Below, one piece after another: positions 59,817 through 64,000 of a DNA stretch of 64,000 nt. Where the stretch lies: the NCBI GenBank assembly GCA_035221665.1, contig CM069163.1, forward strand, positions 16,554,001 to 16,618,000, read 5' to 3'. Source of the DNA: Okamejei kenojei (lineage: Eukaryota). The position numbers were made by a program, and so were the translations under genes. Under the pieces are notes generated by a model. That model searched no databases. It saw only the letters and a list, made by a program, of their open reading frames with translations, and was not told the DNA's origin. Position 1 is the first letter of the stretch. The number at the start of each line of letters is the position of its first letter.

Positions 59817-61250
59817 GATCTGGTTTCATTACTGTGCACTGTTCCAATGATTATCTTAATGTCTCCACTTAGATTTCAAATGTCAATTACTTAATCTATA
59901 TATGAAACAAAGTTAGAAATGAACATGAGGTAGTCTTTTCCATAAATGTTTAGGCCAAAAGGTTCATTACTTGCTAACTGCACTGAAACCAATACACGCA
60001 AAATCTGCATTCAAAATGTGTACTCATTTTACAGATGTTAATTATATTTTTCCATAAGTATTTTCAATAGTTTCAATTTTTTTCCAGTTTATTTCTGAAA
60101 ATATCTGTATTTAATTAGAATATTTCATTTGCAGGCATGGAATAGTTTTTGGCCAATTGGAACAATCAATAAATGGCTCCTAATTTGAATAGGTTTAGGA
60201 AGCTTCAAAGAATCATTAGGTAGTGACATGCTTAACGAGTATGGCAGTTTGTATGCTGCTAACTGATCGGCTGCCTAGTCTAGTTATCTGTCAGTTCAAT
60301 TGTTGTGTTGCATCTTGGTTCAATGCTTTTATCACCTAGCAGAAGAAGGTTTTTTTTGATGTGTTGACAGTATAAGTATCAAAAGGCATGAGCGAGCACT
60401 GTTACCTGAAGCATGTGCATTTAGAATTGACACAATTGCAAAAGCACTAGGATTCTAATTTACTTAACATTTGTCAACATATGTTTCATATTTTACTCTC
60501 TAGTAGCTCAATTAGTAAATAGATTGCCAATATTAAACTGAATAGTACTAACTAGAAATATTCCAGATTCAATCCTATCCTCTTAGTTAATCTTATCCCA
60601 GTATGCAAGATTTTAATCTAACACAAGGTAAATGTGCACATCTTATTTCTGCTTTGTTGTCTATATTTAAAAAAAAACACAAAAGGCAACCACAGGGGCG
60701 AAATACAGAAGATTTCTGGTGCTCCTGCCATTGTATTCCAGTATGAATTTTGTGGGTGGGGTATCTTCTGCCATTTTATTTCTTCAGTCATGGGTAACGT
60801 TTTCAAGAAATTTTATTATTAACACAATTATGATGCTTAATTTATAGTTATTTTTGCCTGCCAGCTTCCACAACCCACAACTGACCAAATTAAATTATTA
60901 GGTTTTATTATGGTCAGCATCAAAGGTAGCTCAAAACACAAAATGCGGGAGTAACTCAGTTGGTCAGCCTGCATCTGGGAATGGATAAGCGATGTTTTGG
61001 GTTAAAAACCTTCTGAGGTTTTCTAGGTTTTAGCACCTGCTTTCTGTATAATTCTGGTCTGTACAAAATACAGTAATACCTCAATTTGAACTTGCAAATT
61101 TTGACCAGTTTTATGGGTTTTATTATTAGCCAAAGCAGCACTATGTGGGGTAACGTTAAAAATTGTACATGCACTGATCCTATATACTTGTGTGCATTTT
61201 CCTGTGGAAATCACAGTTTAGTTTTCACAAGTGGAAACTCTAGTCAGGTA

Positions 61251-61320
61251 CAGTGCCCTCCATAATGTTTGGGACAAAGACCCATCATTTATGTATTTGC
61301 CTCTGTACGCCACAATTTGG
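61251..61320 (+). mobile_element. Tc1-like left TIR fragment
   Basis: TA|cagtgccctccataatgtttgggacaaagacc is the reverse complement of the 58696 end. Confidence 0.85.
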
Positions 61321-62365
61321 ATGACATCCATGAGGTATTGTCATCCAATACTTCATGGATGACAATTGATCCTGATTTCAGAACACTCCCTGCTAAGCTA
61401 TTTGTAAATTATGACAGAGCTACTACTTATGCCTCATAATAATCTATTTAATTGCAACAAATTAATCATGCACGTTAGTCAGGTTTCTTTTGCTAGATTA
61501 ATTGCTCGCAGCAATCACGAGTTGATCAAAATGCATGCAGGATAACACCACATTATTTGTACATCGCTTGTAATTTTGACGCAATATATTGTGCATGGAC
61601 AGTGCCCAATTACTCACGAGTTCTTTGCCAACAATTAATGGAGACTGGAGACCTGAGTTATCATTTTAATTCAGGATAATGGTACTTATATTAAGCTCAC
61701 AAAATCTGGGGTAATCACAATGGTCTGGAGTTACAGAGGTTATTGTTCATTTTCAGAATAATCAATCCTAGAAATATAGGTAGAGAAAAGAACAATTTCA
61801 CTTTATTCTTCTGTTAGGCATGCATTGTTTAGTTGCAATTTTCTGTTTTTAAATGATCAAGCAATGTAAAATAAAATAGGAGAGGATTAGGTGTAAATGT
61901 GGAAATGCTAATAATGAGTGCTGCATGATGTTCAATTGCACAGAGGAATGTTACTCACCATTTCCTACTAGCTGCAGAGACACTTGGAAGTTTTCCTAGA
62001 TTTTCCCACAGTCAGAAGAGTGTGGTATGTGGCCACTGGAGGATTAAGCTGAATTAGCAAACCTCTGCTCAGCCTGAATATGCTTTAGTAAGTATTGATG
62101 TTGTCCTTTCAAACAAATGCAAACTGCTGACCCTTGCATATTGCATGACCGTGCTGTCCGAGTGAATAAAATCAATTGTTTGAATTTCAAATGTTGTATA
62201 TTATGCTGAGAATAAGATGTGTTTTCTGGAGCTGTGTCCTTGTTAAAGGTGAGCACAATGGGTTCTGAAGTGGAAGGTTCACTTTCTAGAAGTTCTTTAA
62301 AATAGATTATAAAAATAAATTTTATAATTATGTATAGTTAAAGTATTGAGGTCATTTTGTCAACT

Positions 62366-63410
62366 GGAGGCCATTTAAAACTGAGATGCGAAAAAACGTT
62401 TTCACCCAGAGAGTTGTGAATTTGTGGAATGCTCTGCCACAGAAGGCAGTAGAGGCCAATTCACTGGATGAATTTAAAAGAGAGTTATGGGCTTGTCCCA
62501 CTTAGGTGACTGCAGGAAACTATGCAATCGTCACATGGTTGCCACATGTTCATGGGTGGTTGCCGGGGAGTTGCCTTCATGGTCGTGAGTAGTTTCCGCA
62601 TTCTGGGAACTAGTCGCGGCCTCATTATGGTCGCCGCAAATTCTTCAACACATTGAAAAATTGGCGGTGACTAGAATGAAGCCGCCAAGGAGAATAGCAC
62701 GAATTCTCGTGCCACAGGTGGGTCGCCAGGAGGTCCTAGTGGGTTGCCAGGAGGTGGAAGGTTCTCGTAGATTGTAGCCGCTGCTGACTGGTTGGCTCAT
62801 TGGGGAAAAAAAAATAAAGAGCAGTTTTCAGAACCAAGGATAACCGACTGGTAATGTTAATGTCCGCCGAGCGTCACAGCCGTGTATCTCTGGCTTCTTA
62901 AAAGTCATTTCCACTCCATTCCTCCTCCACCCATTCTCCCCCCCTTATCCCCCCCTCTTTTAAAGGACTTACTGTAAACTGTGCTTTTTAGCTTCTTAAT
63001 TACAGCACCAACCTTCTTGTTCATCGTGGTGTGTGTCTGTATCACATTGGCTTTGCACCGTGTGAATTGCACTCAGACAGCGCTCCCCCCGCTTGCCCTG
63101 ACCTCCCCCTGCATAACGGGCTGGTGAAGGAAGTGATGCGTTTGTGTGTGCTCCACTCTGACAGTCGCCGTACCAGTTGTCGTTTTTGCAGGCGACTGCC
63201 GGCAACTTGGCTGTCACCGGCAGTCGCCTGAAAAATCACCTAAGTGGGACAGGCCCATTGGATAGAGCTCTAGGGGCTAGCGGAATTAAAGGATATGGGG
63301 AGAAGGCAGGCACGGGTTACTGATTGTGGATGATCAACCATGATCACAGTGAATGGCGGTGCAGGCTTGAAGGGCCAAATGGCCTCCTCCTGCACCTATT
63401 TTCTATGTAT
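62366..63410 (+). mobile_element. CR1 3' end split by a MITE insertion
   Basis: 62366-62487 and 63258-63410 join to reproduce the uninterrupted 43597-43877 sequence (gagtta|gatagagctc). Confidence 0.9.
62488..63257. mobile_element. 770-bp non-autonomous PIF/Harbinger-type DNA transposon (MITE)
   Basis: 22-bp TIRs tgggcttgtcccacttaggtga / tcacctaagtgggacaggccca (1 mismatch); flanked by TTA and TTG (3-bp TSD with one change). Confidence 0.85.
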
Positions 63411-64000
63411 TTAAACATAAAATCATTGTAAAGAATTTTCTTTTTTTTCAAAAAGAGAAAAAAAAATGTGTGAATGAGGTTTTTGTATTTTTGTTATTAT
63501 CAGAGTGATACTGGGCCGGCATAATGCTAAAGCTGGAGTAATTTTGATGGATGCAATCTCGTTCCTCATAAGTGAAAGTAGCTAGGGTACTTTCTGAATA
63601 TTGCAGATTTGGCAATATGGCTTTGATTTGCTGTTATCAGTGCGATTTTATAAGACTTTGCAATTATAGGTATGGGTAAAAGTTCCATGTACTGAATCTG
63701 CACTGGTGCAAGGAATAAAACTCTTACCACTAAGTTCCTTCTGGCTGTTTTAAAGTCCCAATGAAAACCGCAGAAGAAAATATTTGCCTCTGCTTGCTCT
63801 TTCTTCCCACTGGGATATTTTGTATAACTAGTTCAAGAATGATTGAAGCAGGCACGTGCCGTGAGTAATTACTCAGGGTAGGCAGTCAGTCGGCTTTAAA
63901 AAAAAATTTAAACCGCGCATGCGCAGATTGTTCACTCCGTAAAAATTAAAATAAAAACAGTAACAATTCAATTTGCCCATGGCTTCCAAGTCTCCTTTAT

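Larger units (their letters stand above)
40286..64000 (+). other. MED27: MED27 intron 2 (continues beyond the window)
   Basis: No exon matching the expected next segment (LQYHAGLASGLLNQQSLKRS-like) was seen. Confidence 0.7.

Overview
This is eukaryotic (vertebrate) genomic DNA; the repeat content (HE1/V-SINE-like SINEs, CR1 tails, Penelope pLTR fragments, Deu-domain SINEs) points to a cartilaginous fish, probably a skate or ray. Two genes are arranged head-to-head. The first coding exon of netrin-G2 (NTNG2, minus strand, 1373-1582) lies in a CpG-rich domain of about 10 kb. Coding exons 1-2 of Mediator subunit MED27 (plus strand, 38415-38617 and 40141-40285) follow a compact ZNF143/NRF1/YY1-type promoter. 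The rest is intergenic or intronic DNA rich in transposon remnants. Notable structures: Penelope-derived minimal hammerhead ribozyme motifs, including a TSD-flanked 126-bp insert with an exact tandem pair; a complete minisatellite-laden non-autonomous Helitron with a nested Rex1 fragment; a second Helitron 3' end beside an assembly gap; a Harbinger-type MITE splitting a CR1 tail; Tc1 IR/DR ends; and a short (AAG)n-tailed retroposon family. Most ORFs in the supplied track are spurious. Repeat family names come from pattern recognition without database searches, and repeat boundaries are approximate unless a TSD or terminus is quoted.
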